Assembly: GCA_963772725.1 (NCBI GenBank)
Contig: CAVYYI010000003.1
Location: 512,001 to 576,000 of the forward strand
Direction: 5' to 3'
From: an uncultured Phycisphaerales bacterium
GTDB lineage: Bacteria > Planctomycetota > Phycisphaerae > Sedimentisphaerales > Anaerobacaceae
DNA: 64,000 bases
Made by a program: the position numbers and the translations under genes. Shown piece by piece: positions 29,387 to 39,767 of this stretch. The notes under the pieces were generated by a model. The model was not told the origin of the DNA and did no database searches. It saw only the letters and a list, made by a program, of their open reading frames with translations. Each line of letters starts with the position of its first letter. The first letter of the stretch is position 1.

Positions 29387-31636
29387 ATGTCAAAGGGAAT
29401 TGAAAAAAGTGCGGCAATTCACAAATACTTCTGGGCGGCGGCCCTGTTTCTGCTTCTGTTCGCCTTTTTTACCCCATTGCAGGCGGCAACAACATCTCAC
29501 GCCGCTGAAGCAGCAGCGCAAAGTCTCATCTGCTGTCGTTATCTCCTATCGACATGGTGATTGTTGTGCTTTATTTTGTGGTGGTGATTGCAATCGGCTT
29601 TTACCTGAAAAAATACGCCAGCACAGGCGAGGACTTTTTCATGGCGGGCCGCAAAATGACCGCATGGATTGCTGGCCTGAGTTTCATTTCCGCAAATCTT
29701 AGCTCGCTGGAAACGATGGGCTGGTCGGCAATGGCATATCAATACGGTATGCTCGGCGCACACGCTTATCTGATCGGCGCGATTCCGGCCATTCTGTTTC
29801 TGGCGATTGTTATGATGCCCTTCTATTATATATGCAGAACGCACTCCGTACCCGGTTACCTGAAACTGCGATATGGCGAAGGCGCACGTGCGCTGGCAGG
29901 AATATCATTTACATTTCTGACCGTAATGGTCAGCGGCGCAAGCATGTTCGCCATGGCAAAAATTCTCAACCTGCTGCTTGGCTGGGATATGAACGTAAGC
30001 ATCTGGGTCTCATCCATCACAGTTGCCATTTATGTCTTTCTCGGCGGACTGCTCTCGGCGGTGTTTAACGAAGTGCTTGCAATTCTTCCTCATCTGGCTG
30101 GGAACGCTGTTGATTCCAATACTTGGCATTATCCACGCGGGCGGATGGCACAAAATGCTCGCAACCGTCCAGAAGAACGCTGCGATTGTTCATCCCACCG
30201 TTCAGAACGCCGATTTCACAAGCCTGTGGCGTAACCTCGGCTCATTCGATACAAACCCAATGGGCATCGACTGGTTCGGTATGGTTTTCGGACTTGGTCT
30301 GGCGGTAAGTTTCGGTTACTGGTGCACCGACTTTTTGCAGGTTCAGCGTGTTATTGTCGCCAAAGACCTGCGCTCCGCACAGAACGGCACAGTCATCGGC
30401 GCGGTACTCAAAATGCTTGTGCCTATTATCGTAACAATTCCCGGTCTGCTCGGCCTGGCGGTCCTGCTCAATCCTGACGGTACTCCGATGATTCTCGTGC
30501 CGGAAAGCGACCCGCGTGCCAATATCACCTGTCGCACATTCAATGATGTTCTTCCGTTGCTGATGGGCCAATATCTCGGGCCGGGACTGCTCGGCCTTGG
30601 TGTAACCGCGATGATAGCCGGCTTTATGTCCGGTATGGCAGGCAACGTCAGCGCATTTGCAACGGTATGGACCTATGACGTTTACAAACCGCTGATCAAC
30701 AAAAACGCCAGCGACAAACATTACCTGACTATGGGCAGGTGGTGCTCGGTTCTCGGCGTGCTGATATCAATCGCTACCGCTTACGCACTGTTCTATTTCT
30801 CCAACATCCTCGAGTTTCTGCAGGTGCTGGTGTTCTTCTTCATTGTTCCGCTGTTCGGCACGATCATTCTCGGAATGTTGTGGAAGCGTGCCACTCCCGC
30901 GGGCGGCTTCTGGGGCTTCCTCACCGCTATACTCGTTTCAATGAGTATGTGGGTTTACGTCCACACTTTCCCGGAAGGCTCCAAGCCCCATCCCACGATT
31001 CTCGTTGGCGATAACGCGCGTGGTATCGTAGTCAAAGAGCCGACAAAGCGACAAGATTTCGCAGGTGATTGTCGAGAGCGGCCAAATCAAAACCACAAAT
31101 GTCGATATCCGCTCGAACCAGGCAAAGACGCCGTATGCTGCGGGCCAATATACCGTCCCGCAGACAGCCATAACTTTGTCCGGTATCCAAAGTGAGGGAA
31201 AAGCCGCTAAAAATGTAGAGTCCTCGTCCCGGACGCTGTTTATGCTGATACAAAAGCAATCACGCAAAATTCGGCGTAGAAGGCATTCCGCTCGTGCTAA
31301 AACCCGGCGTAACAATTCAGGCCTCCTACATGTCCAAAAAATTTGACGCCGCGGCATTCAATCCCGCCCACACCAAATATATCGCCCGCTCGGAAAAGGC
31401 CAAACCGATGGCTGTCAATATGTACAGCGGTTTCTGGTCACTGGTGGTTTGCCTGTTGGTTACGTTCGTGGTCAGTCTGTTCACCAAACCAAAACCAGAT
31501 GCCGAACTCAAAGACCTTGTTTACGGCTTTACGGTTATTCCGCGACCAGGGACACTGCCCGTGGTACGACAGCCCGAAATTCTGGGCGGCGGTCGTCTTT
31601 ATCGCCCTGGTTACTATCAACATAATCTTCTGGTAA
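29387..31636 (+). CDS. Sodium:solute symporter (SSS) family protein (several frameshifts)
   Basis: DFFMAGR, SFISANL, YWCTDFLQVQR, AGFMSGMAGN, WTYDVY spread over successive frames. Confidence 0.9.
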
Positions 31637-31645
31637 GGAGATAAT

Positions 31646-31872
31646 ATGCATCAGGAACATCAAATCCCTATTTGGTTCTTTATCGGCACGCTGCTGCTTG
31701 TTTATGGCTTGCTGATACTCGGTTCAGGCATTTACAATCTCATCAAACCGCCCGAACATCCTTTGGTGTCGCGAATCTTCACGCTGATGTCTGGTGGGGA
31801 GCCTTGCTTTTAGTAGTCGGCCTGGTTTATACCATTAAGTTTTGGCCTTCAAAAGACGATGCTTCTCATTAA
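31646..31872 (+). CDS. Small two-TM protein following the SSS transporter (frameshifted)
   Basis: MHQEHQIPIWFFIGTLLLVYG... then LHADVWWGALLLVVG. AAGGAG SD. Confidence 0.7.
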
Positions 31873-32085
31873 TCTTTGTTCAGACCTCGCGGAAAGCTTA
31901 AATTCTTTCGGCGGATGCCTTCAAAGAAATCTCTACTGTTTCAGGGATTTACTTGAAAGTATCCGCCATATCTTATATTATGAATATATGCTATACTGAT
32001 AGTTTAGCCGGTATTCAGGATAATTTAAGCGTTGGTAATTATATCATAATATTAACTTTATCTGTTTTTTAGGAGGTTTACGACT

Positions 32086-33203
32086 ATGCTGCTCAATATT
32101 TTTAGAGCCGTCTTTGTCATCATTTTACTGTCAGTTCTGTTTGTAAGCGTAAGCTCAACCGCAATTTCCGGACAGGCGCAGTCCCTGGATTTCTGGGTCG
32201 TCGTATGGGTCGGCCTGGGCATGGGCTTTATCGCCCTGTTTATGGATATTATGACGCCAAAGAAATCCCTGGCCGCGCTGGCGGGAGTTTTCTTTGGTAT
32301 GCTTGTGGGAATATTCATCAGTTGGTGCTCTCGCCGGTTATCGATATGATAAATGATACTTACGGGATTGGGCTAATTCCCAGAGCTGTTGTGGCCATCA
32401 AGTGGATGATGGGAGTATGTATATGTTTTATTATAATCAGTATTGTGATGCGTACAAAAGATGACGTACGTTTTGTGATTCCTTACGTGGAGTTCTCAAA
32501 ACAGACTAAAGGCTCTCGGCCGCTGATTCTCGACACATCCGCGATTATTGACGGCAGAATCGCCGACCTCTACCGCGCCAAACTTCTCGACGCTCCGATT
32601 ATCGTGCCGAGATTCGTACTCAACGAACTGCAATTGCTCGCCGATGCCGGTGATAAGCTCAAACGCAATCGCGGCAGGCGAGGCCTCGACATTCTAAAGG
32701 ATATGCAGGCAAATCCCGCCATCGACATTAAAATGGACGACACCTCAATTCCTGAAAGCGACGACGTTAAAGGCGTTGACCAGAAACTCGTTGTCTTTTC
32801 AAAGGCACGCGACGGCAGACTCACCACCACAGATTATAACCTCACCAAGGTCGCGCAGGTCCGCGAAGTGGACGTTCTCAATATTAACGATTTGGCCAAC
32901 TCCCTCAAAACAATCGCTCTTCCCGGTGAAGGCATGACCATCAGAATTATAAAACCCGGCGAGGAAGCCGACCAGGGTATCGGCTATCTCGATGACGGCA
33001 CTATGGTCGTTATCGAAGGCGGAAGAAATAAAATCGGACGCGATGTTACTATCAGCATAACAAGTTCGCTTCAGACTTCCGCCGGAAAAATGATTTTCGG
33101 AAAATTTGAAAGCTTCGCGCAAAGGCCATCTTCTGAAGATAACAAAGAGCAGCCCGCATATAATAGAAGGACAAACGGAAGAAACTACTCCGAAAATAGC
33201 TAG
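32086..33203 (+). CDS. Membrane-bound PIN/TRAM domain protein, YacL family (frameshift near 32325)
   Basis: LDTSAIIDGRI, RGRRGLD, TTDYNL, QGIGYLDDGTMVV, LQTSAGKMIF. Confidence 0.93.
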
Positions 33204-34688
33204 TCGTCCCTGAAAAATAATTTAACTTTTTTGTATATAAAGGCTTGCAATTTAAAAATCTGGCGCTAAATTGCAAGGAAATGATATTTATTATTAATTT
33301 CCTTGCAAAACATGGAGGTTTTTATGCAGCCTAAACAACAAAGCAATTCCCAGTCAATGTTATTCACCTCGAAGCTGGAGCAGATACTAAACGAGCAGCA
33401 TCCTTTATATAAACTGGCAAATATCATCATCTGGTCAGAGTTTGATGCCGCCTTCGGTAAACTCTATGATCCGGGCTTCGGCAGACCAGCCAAACCCACC
33501 CGCCTTATGGCAGGACTTCATTATCTCAAAAGCGCATATAATCTCAGCGATGAGTCTGTAGTTGAGAGATGGATAGAGAATCCTTACTGGCAGTATTTTT
33601 GCGGAGAGCAATATTTTCAGCATGAATTTCCGATTGACCCAACCAGTATGACCAAATGGCGTAACCGGATTAAGGACGCTGGTATGGAAAAGCTGCTTGA
33701 GCAGACCATAAGCGCAGGCCTTAAAACCTGCACAGTTAAACCGCATCAGTTAAAAAAGATAGTAGTCGATACAACGGTGCAGGAAAAGGCGACAGCCTTT
33801 CCGACCGATGCACGCCTTTATCATAAGATGAGAATAAAGCTTGTCAAAAAGGCACAGGATAATGACATAGAACTTAGGCAGAGTTATCAGAGGGTAGCCA
33901 AAAGGGCTTTTGTTATGCAGCACAGATTTTCACACGCCAGGCAGTTCAAAAAAGCGGATAAGCAATTAAGGAAACTAAAGACCTGTCTGGGAAGAGTTAC
34001 AAGGGATATAGAGCGTAAGATATTGCAGAAGCCTCAATTGCAGCAGGAGTTTTCAGAATTGCTCGATATGTCCAGGAGGTTATTATCACAGAAACGGGAC
34101 AGCAGCAACAAGCTATACAGTATTCATGCGCGGAGGTTAACTGCATAAGCAAGGGCAAGGCACACAAGAAGTATGAGTTTGGCTGTAAGGTGGCACTGGC
34201 GTCTCCCGCTCAAAATGCGTTTGTAGTAGCTGCGGTTGCTTTTGAAGGGAATCCATATGATGGACATACGTTAAAAGATACACTCTCCCAGACGATGAAA
34301 CTGCTGGATAAAAAAGGTTTTGAAGATGTTTATGTTGATGATGGGTACAAAGGTCATGGCTGTGGAGATATTGCGGAGGTTCATATCGTCAAAAGGGGTT
34401 GGCGAAAGCTGCCGAGAAGTATCCGAAAGTGGTACAGCAGGCGAAGTATGATTGAGCCTGTGATAGGACATTGTAAATCTGATAACGGTCTGGACAGAAA
34501 CTACCTCAAGGGCGTCGAAGGCGATAAGGTTAATGCGATATTGAGCGCTTGCGGGTTTAATATCCGCAAGTTGCTGCGGAAAATTATTTTTTGGCTTTTG
34601 TGGTTTGTACAAAAATTGCGTCCGTCGGCAGAATTTGCCTGGCTTGTATATGCCGCCTGAAATCAAAATCCACTTTTTCAGGGACGAC
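33203..34688 (+). mobile_element. IS5-family insertion sequence
   Basis: Perfect TIRs GTCGTCCCTGAAAAA / TTTTTCAGGGACGAC with TA flanking both ends. Confidence 0.92.
33324..34660 (+). CDS. IS5 family DDE transposase (frameshift near 34130)
   Basis: SDESVVERWIENPYWQYFCG, VDTTVQEK, KGKAHKKYEFG, NPYDGHTL, RSMIEPVIGHCK. Confidence 0.93.
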
Positions 34689-34868
34689 TAACTAGTGTAA
34701 CCGGCAAATTGCTATTAATTGTTATTTTTATACCTATCGCGAAGCAAGAATGAGTAAATAATATAATTAATAGAGAATCACTAGTTACACTGGTTACAAA
34801 AAAAACTTTCTGTCCGGGCAATTTATAAGGAAATCACCGGCGAGGCAAAGACGCAAGCCTGCGAAATG

Positions 34869-35378
34869 CTATTTCTTTACGCCGATTTTTTCAGTTAGGA
34901 GTTTTCTGAAATCATTTACATCCTGTTCTGATGAAAAGCAATGCTTCGGGAAAATATGAAACAGATTATCTGCGGGATACAGTATGAAAATATACTTGCT
35001 CTCCCTCCATCTGTGAAAATAATCCCACGGAAGCTTCGAATTGCCCAAGGAATTATTAATCGATATGGCTATGTCATCTATTTCGCATTCACTGGTAGGA
35101 TGGTATTTTGACTGGTGATATAATTTACGCCACCATTGCGGCAAGTAATAAAAGAAAAACCAAATACACCAGACTACGAATAAAATCATAATCGTAATAG
35201 CAAGTATCATCTTTAGACCATTATATTCAACTATTGCTCGGTATAGCCCGATTGCCAGAGCAAGAGTAAATACAAGCAGGTATATTATGCCCAAGACTTT
35301 TATCCATGGTCGAGGTCTCATAATTAGGAATTGTGCTCGCACATAGTCTTTTTCAGTAACTTGTAATGTCAGGTTCAT
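34869..35378 (-). CDS. YcxB family membrane protein
   Basis: Two TMs, then LPWDYF..WRE....LY......IFPK..F pattern. Confidence 0.75.
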   Translation of the reverse strand: MNLTLQVTEKDYVRAQFLIMRPRPWIKVLGIIYLLVFTLALAIGLYRAIVEYNGLKMILAITIMILFVVWCIWFFFYYLPQWWRKLYHQSKYHPTSECEIDDIAISINNSLGNSKLPWDYFHRWRESKYIFILYPADNLFHIFPKHCFSSEQDVNDFRKLLTEKIGVKK

Positions 35379-35478
35379 TTTATATCAGAATTTTAGCTTC
35401 AAAAAAACTTACTTACTCAATGCGATGAGCAGCCGCATCAAATGCGACAACTCGATTGCCTATGCGGATTCTATTTTA

Positions 35479-35544
35479 TCATAATGATATCAAACTCTTC
35501 ATAGGATTGCAATAACCTGAGGTATCGGCAGAAATCAATGGCGG
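35479..35544 (-). repeat. 66-bp direct repeat, copy 1 (contains a promoter)
   Basis: 61/66 identical to 36122-36187. Minus strand carries TTGCAA-17-TATCAT. Confidence 0.85.
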
Positions 35545-36035
35545 GATCGCGATCCCGCCTTACGAGCTGATATGATAACGCCAAAGACAATTCCAGAGCC
35601 AGCAAAAATTAACAATATATTCATAACCGAAATAACAGCAATACCGCTAATAGTAATCACGCTGTCAAAATTAAATTCTGTAAACTTAATCAATGCCTGT
35701 AATAAAACCCCCCCGATAATTCCCAATCCGATAAAAACAAAACCAAGACGACCTTTGCGAGAAGATAATCCCGTAAATTTTCTTTGCTCCCGCTCAATAT
35801 CATTCATCGGGCTAATCTTACCAATTCGGATTCGTCGTCGAACGATAAGATACCACGGAATACTGATATACCATAATGGAATCATAACAAGAAAAAGAAT
35901 CCATGGACGATAAGACAAACCGGTATTATATCGAACCAAATTAATCCGGGATGAGTCATAAGATACCCAAAGCGAAACTGCTATAATCACTGTGTAATAC
36001 GTGAGTACAAGTAATAATTCGGTGCTATCTATCAT
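35535..36035 (-). CDS. Hypothetical multi-TM membrane protein
   Basis: 166-aa AT-rich ORF with four hydrophobic segments. Confidence 0.7.
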   Translation of the reverse strand: MIDSTELLLVLTYYTVIIAVSLWVSYDSSRINLVRYNTGLSYRPWILFLVMIPLWYISIPWYLIVRRRIRIGKISPMNDIEREQRKFTGLSSRKGRLGFVFIGLGIIGGVLLQALIKFTEFNFDSVITISGIAVISVMNILLIFAGSGIVFGVIISARKAGSRSRH

Positions 36036-36121
36036 AAGCTATGGTCTATAAATTGCAAAAAACTGGATTTAATAGAATTTCTCATATTAAACGCATGGCT
36101 GCACAACTAAACCTTCCGATT

Positions 36122-36187
36122 TCATAATAATATCAAACTCTTGATGGGATTGCAATAATCTGAGGTATCGGCAGAAATCAATGGTGG
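36122..36187 (-). repeat. 66-bp direct repeat, copy 2 (contains a promoter)
   Basis: Matches 35479-35544. Minus strand carries TTGCAA-17-TATTAT. Confidence 0.85.
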
Positions 36188-36375
36188 AGTTGTGGCCCGC
36201 TGCCTCCCGAAATGATGAAAAGACAATCCTGATAGTCAAGTTCATCGGTAAAAATGGCGATATTGCAATTGGACGTCAATGCTATCTGGGGATTATGGGA
36301 CGGTAAATCATCTCCTTTGTTTAGTAATTGATGAAATAACAAACTTCTATTGTGTAACCAAAGGATGCAATAATC

Positions 36376-36696
36376 ATGAATCGGGCGATTGCATGGCTTT
36401 TGCTTGAATTTATTGGTCTTGGGCTGGGGACTACGGCTACCGTTGTATATGTTACGCACAGGGGGGAAAGGCTGGGCGAGATAAGCGGCATAGTGTATGT
36501 CTCAGATACGCCGGGATTTTCAGATGTTATAATAAACAATCAAGTCCTTTGTGAAGGGGACATAATATACGGCGTAAAAGTAATTAAAATATCCAGAGAT
36601 ACGGTTGAGTTCCAAAGAGACGGTAATACGTGGAAGCAACGCCTAAGAGAACACCCAAATCCCGCGTGGAAGAACAGCGATAAGCCTGCACAGTAA
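36376..36696 (+). CDS. Membrane-anchored protein with a GspB/GspC-like small beta domain
   Basis: TM then ISGIVY...IINNQVLCEGD.I.GVKVIKI...VEF pattern. Confidence 0.6.
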   Translation: MNRAIAWLLLEFIGLGLGTTATVVYVTHRGERLGEISGIVYVSDTPGFSDVIINNQVLCEGDIIYGVKVIKISRDTVEFQRDGNTWKQRLREHPNPAWKNSDKPAQ

Positions 36697-36905
36697 ATTC
36701 TGTACGCGCATCACCTGTCCGGAGTTCTTATGGTCATTTTACACTTTGGGGCACCGATGCTTTTGGGCCGTGCAATTTACAAAGAAATCAATGGTGGTGT
36801 AAAGACCTCACCCTCCTATCTTTGCACTTTGGCGGAAAAAATAATGTACCGCGTGGAGCGTATAGCGTTTAAGACTACAAGTTCCACCAGGCAACAAACG
36901 CAGTA

Positions 36906-36976
36906 TGGAGATGGGGGGAATCGAACCCCCGGCTCTGCGATGCGACCGCAGTGTGTTCCCGCTACACCACATCCCC
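36906..36976 (-). tRNA. tRNA-Ala(CGC)
   Basis: GGGGATG/CATCTCC acceptor with G3:U70, anticodon stem CTGCG/CGCAG with loop GTCGCAT, GTTCGA T-loop, no encoded CCA. Confidence 0.9.
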
Positions 36977-37048
36977 GGAAATATAAATCCTGTTAATTCC
37001 GGGTTAATTATAACACATAAGGCTCAATATTGAAAGATTTTTATTGTT

Positions 37049-37561
37049 TCAAAAATGCCACTTCTCAAAGCAGACAATACTGTCAATCGGTTCTCTCTTG
37101 GCCTCTCTCGGCTTATCGGCCGGATAGCCAAGTGCCATAAGTTCTATAACAGTGATATTCGACGGAATACCCAGTATTTCCCGGACTTTTTCAGGATGGA
37201 AAGACCCTATCCAGCAGGTCGCCAATCCCAGTTCGGCGGCCTGCAGCGCAATATGCTCCAGGGCGATAGCGACATCTATCGAGGAAATCGGCTGGCCGCA
37301 GAGCATTATATGGTCGTTGTTGCTGCACGCGACGATAACCGCGCCGGCGTTTTCGAGAAATTTCTGATTGTTGGCGGCATCGATAATTTTTTCCTTTGCT
37401 GACTTATCCGTAACAACCACGAACCGCCAATCCTGCAGATTTTTCGCCGATGGCGCAAGACGTGCCGCTTCGAGAATAAGGTTGAGTTTTTCTTTTTCCA
37501 CGGCTTTATCTTTATACGCCCGGCAGGAGTATCGTTTTTTGATTATTTCGAGCAATGTCAT
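37049..37561 (-). CDS. Nitroreductase family protein
   Basis: RYSCRAY, ARLAPSAKNLQDWRF, LGLATCWIG, LGYP. Confidence 0.93.
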   Translation of the reverse strand: MTLLEIIKKRYSCRAYKDKAVEKEKLNLILEAARLAPSAKNLQDWRFVVVTDKSAKEKIIDAANNQKFLENAGAVIVACSNNDHIMLCGQPISSIDVAIALEHIALQAAELGLATCWIGSFHPEKVREILGIPSNITVIELMALGYPADKPREAKREPIDSIVCFEKWHF

Positions 37562-37587
37562 AAAAGCACCTCGTTAATTAAAACCTT

Positions 37588-37679
37588 TGTCATTCCCGCG
37601 AAACCTGTCCTCGTGAAAACGGGGAGCGGGAATCCATAAACAAACAGAAAACTGGATACCTGCTTTCGCAGGTATGACA
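37588..37679. repeat. REP/dRS3-like palindromic element
   Basis: TGTCATTCCCGCGAAA..GCGGGAATCCA ... TGGATACCTGCTTTCGCAGGTATGACA. Confidence 0.75.
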
Positions 37680-37710
37680 GACTGACTATAAATATAAAAC
37701 ATCAAAACTG

Positions 37711-37739
37711 TTGACGCAAGAGCTAAAAACAGCTAATCT
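37711..37739 (+). promoter_or_regulatory. tRNA-Val promoter
   Basis: TTGACG-17 nt-TAATCT just upstream of the tRNA. Confidence 0.6.
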
Positions 37740-37750
37740 GTAATTTCTTC

Positions 37751-37824
37751 GGGCGGTTAGCTCAGCTGGCTAGAGCGCCTGCCTTACAAGCAGGAGGCCA
37801 CAGGTTCAAGTCCTGTACCGCCCA
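37751..37824 (+). tRNA. tRNA-Val(TAC)
   Basis: GGGCGGTTAGCTCAG...CCTGCC TTACAA GCAGG...GGTTCAAGTCC..ACCGCCCA, no encoded CCA. Confidence 0.95.
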
Positions 37825-37963
37825 GTTGCCCCTCGCACTGTGTCACATTTTGCGCCGCCTTAGTATCATCCGTGAATGTCTTTTCTGCCTCACTTAAGAT
37901 ACTCTTTTGAGATGCTTCCCGGACATCTGATTCAGTTACCTGTGCATACTGCGTCATTGCCAC
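37784..37963 (-). pseudogene. C-terminal remnant of a tyrosine recombinase/integrase overlapping tRNA-Val
   Basis: VAMTQYAQVTESDVREA...KAAQNVTQ..LGGTGLEPVASCL*, with an in-frame stop immediately upstream. Confidence 0.6.
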
Positions 37964-38129
37964 TTATAGTCAAAAAGATTCTCTGAATGTACAGCCTTTT
38001 TCTGTGTGGTTTTCTCGAATGAGAGTGATAAATAAATGCCTTTTTTCTTTTTGTTTTGAAAAATACGAGATATAATAAACTCGACATTTAATAATAGTCA
38101 GTGCTCCGATACAGAACGGCAGAGTTTTT

Positions 38130-39767
38130 TTGCAGAATGATATGAATATATGCCGAAGTAATAGAAAAATGCAGAATACTAATACAATATTCAGTTTCAT
38201 AAGGAAAAGCCGTTTTATAATAATAGCTGTCATTTCGCTGCTGTTAGTGGGTGGTATTGGCGCAATGGCAATTAACATCTCCCGCAATGCGACTTCCGGC
38301 GGCAATATGGATGTCTTTACAGTCAAAAAAGGCAGCCTTAAAATAAGCGTGGTAGAAACCGGCACCATCAAGCCCCGGGAACAGGATATTATCAAAAGTG
38401 ATGTCGAAGGCATAACAACCATTCTAACGCTTGTACCGGAAGGAACTATTGTTAAAAAAGGAGACCCGCTCGTCGAACTGGACTCCACCGCATTGCTGGA
38501 TTCAAAAATTGAGCGGGAAATAAAGGTTGGAAACGCTGAGGCAAGTTTTATTCAGGCTCGTGAGACTCTCGCGGTGGTCGAAAATCAGGCTAAGAGTGAT
38601 ATAGATGAGGCACAGCTCACTGTTACATTTGCCAAACTGGATTTGGATAAATATATAAAGGGCGATTATCCGAACCAGTTAAAAAAAGCTCAGAGTAAAA
38701 TCACCATTGCTCAGGAGGAGCGAGAGCGGGCTAAACAAACATACGAATGGTCAAAAAAGTTATATGCCGAAAAGTATATTTCTCAAACACAGCTTCAGGC
38801 AGATGAACTGGCCTTCACGAAAAGCGGTCTCGACCTTGAGCTTGTACAAAACAGTCTCGCGCTGCTTAAGAATTTCACATATAAACGTCAACTGGCTCAG
38901 CTCAAAAGTAATATTAAACAGGCGGAAATGGCTCTTAAGCGTACTAATAGCAAGGCCAACGCCAATGTCGTTCAGGCCAAAGCAAAGCTTTTGGCAAAAC
39001 AAACTGAATTGAATCGGCAAAAAAAGAAGCTCGTTAAACTTCTAAAGCAAATTGAAAAAACTAAAATAACCTCTCCCGCCGATGGTCCTGTGATTTACGC
39101 CAGCAACGTCCAAAGCGGCCGTTATTACTACAATAAAACGCCGCTTACAGAAGGTCAGCAAGTATATGAACGGGAGGAGTTAATGTATATTCCTACAGCC
39201 TCATTCGTAAAAGCTGAGATTAAAATACACGAGTCAAGCATCCAAAAGGTTCAGGTGGGTATGCCTGTAATAGTTACTATTGATGCACTGCCTGATAAAA
39301 AGTTCACTGGACAGGTCGCTAAAATTGCCCCGCTTCCCGACGCCGAAAGTATATACTTTAATCCGGATTGGAAGGTTTATAATACTGAGATTTATATCGA
39401 CGGAGACGGAAGTTTGCTGCGCACAGGAATGAACTGCAGAGCAGAGATAATTGTTGAGCAGTATCAGGACGTGGTATATATACCGATACAATCGGTTCTG
39501 AGAGTCAACGGTAAATCTACCGTTTTTATTGTACAAGACAATAACACCGAACTAAGAACAGTTGAACTCGGAATGGATAATAATAATATGGTCAGTATCA
39601 TGAGCGGCCTTACCGACGGTGAGGATATTCAGCTTAATCCATCGCTGGCGATGGCAGCTTTGGACTGGCTCGAAGAAAAAGCCCCAATCACATTGGTTGC
39701 CGATAAACAGTCCCAAACCGGACAATCTGAGACTCAGAATCAGACCGTTGCAAAAAAGCTGCAGTAA
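38130..39767 (+). CDS. Efflux periplasmic adaptor (HlyD/MacA-like MFP) with a long coiled coil
   Basis: TM, VPEGTIVKKGDPLVELD, ITSPADGPV, LRTGMNCRAEI, IPIQSV, SGLTDGE. Confidence 0.9.
   Translation: MQNDMNICRSNRKMQNTNTIFSFIRKSRFIIIAVISLLLVGGIGAMAINISRNATSGGNMDVFTVKKGSLKISVVETGTIKPREQDIIKSDVEGITTILTLVPEGTIVKKGDPLVELDSTALLDSKIEREIKVGNAEASFIQARETLAVVENQAKSDIDEAQLTVTFAKLDLDKYIKGDYPNQLKKAQSKITIAQEERERAKQTYEWSKKLYAEKYISQTQLQADELAFTKSGLDLELVQNSLALLKNFTYKRQLAQLKSNIKQAEMALKRTNSKANANVVQAKAKLLAKQTELNRQKKKLVKLLKQIEKTKITSPADGPVIYASNVQSGRYYYNKTPLTEGQQVYEREELMYIPTASFVKAEIKIHESSIQKVQVGMPVIVTIDALPDKKFTGQVAKIAPLPDAESIYFNPDWKVYNTEIYIDGDGSLLRTGMNCRAEIIVEQYQDVVYIPIQSVLRVNGKSTVFIVQDNNTELRTVELGMDNNNMVSIMSGLTDGEDIQLNPSLAMAALDWLEEKAPITLVADKQSQTGQSETQNQTVAKKLQ

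Noticed and set aside
34100..34200. Programmed frameshift in the IS5 transposase
   Set aside because: The break falls in the conserved HAPEV motif with no slippery run, which fits a one-base deletion.
35479..36187. Classical integron attC sites
   Set aside because: No RYYYAAC/GTTRRRY ends, no palindromic core and no intI. Kept only as an unexplained direct repeat.
34700..36900. att-bounded island at tRNA-Ala
   Set aside because: No convincing duplicate of the tRNA-Ala 3' end was found.
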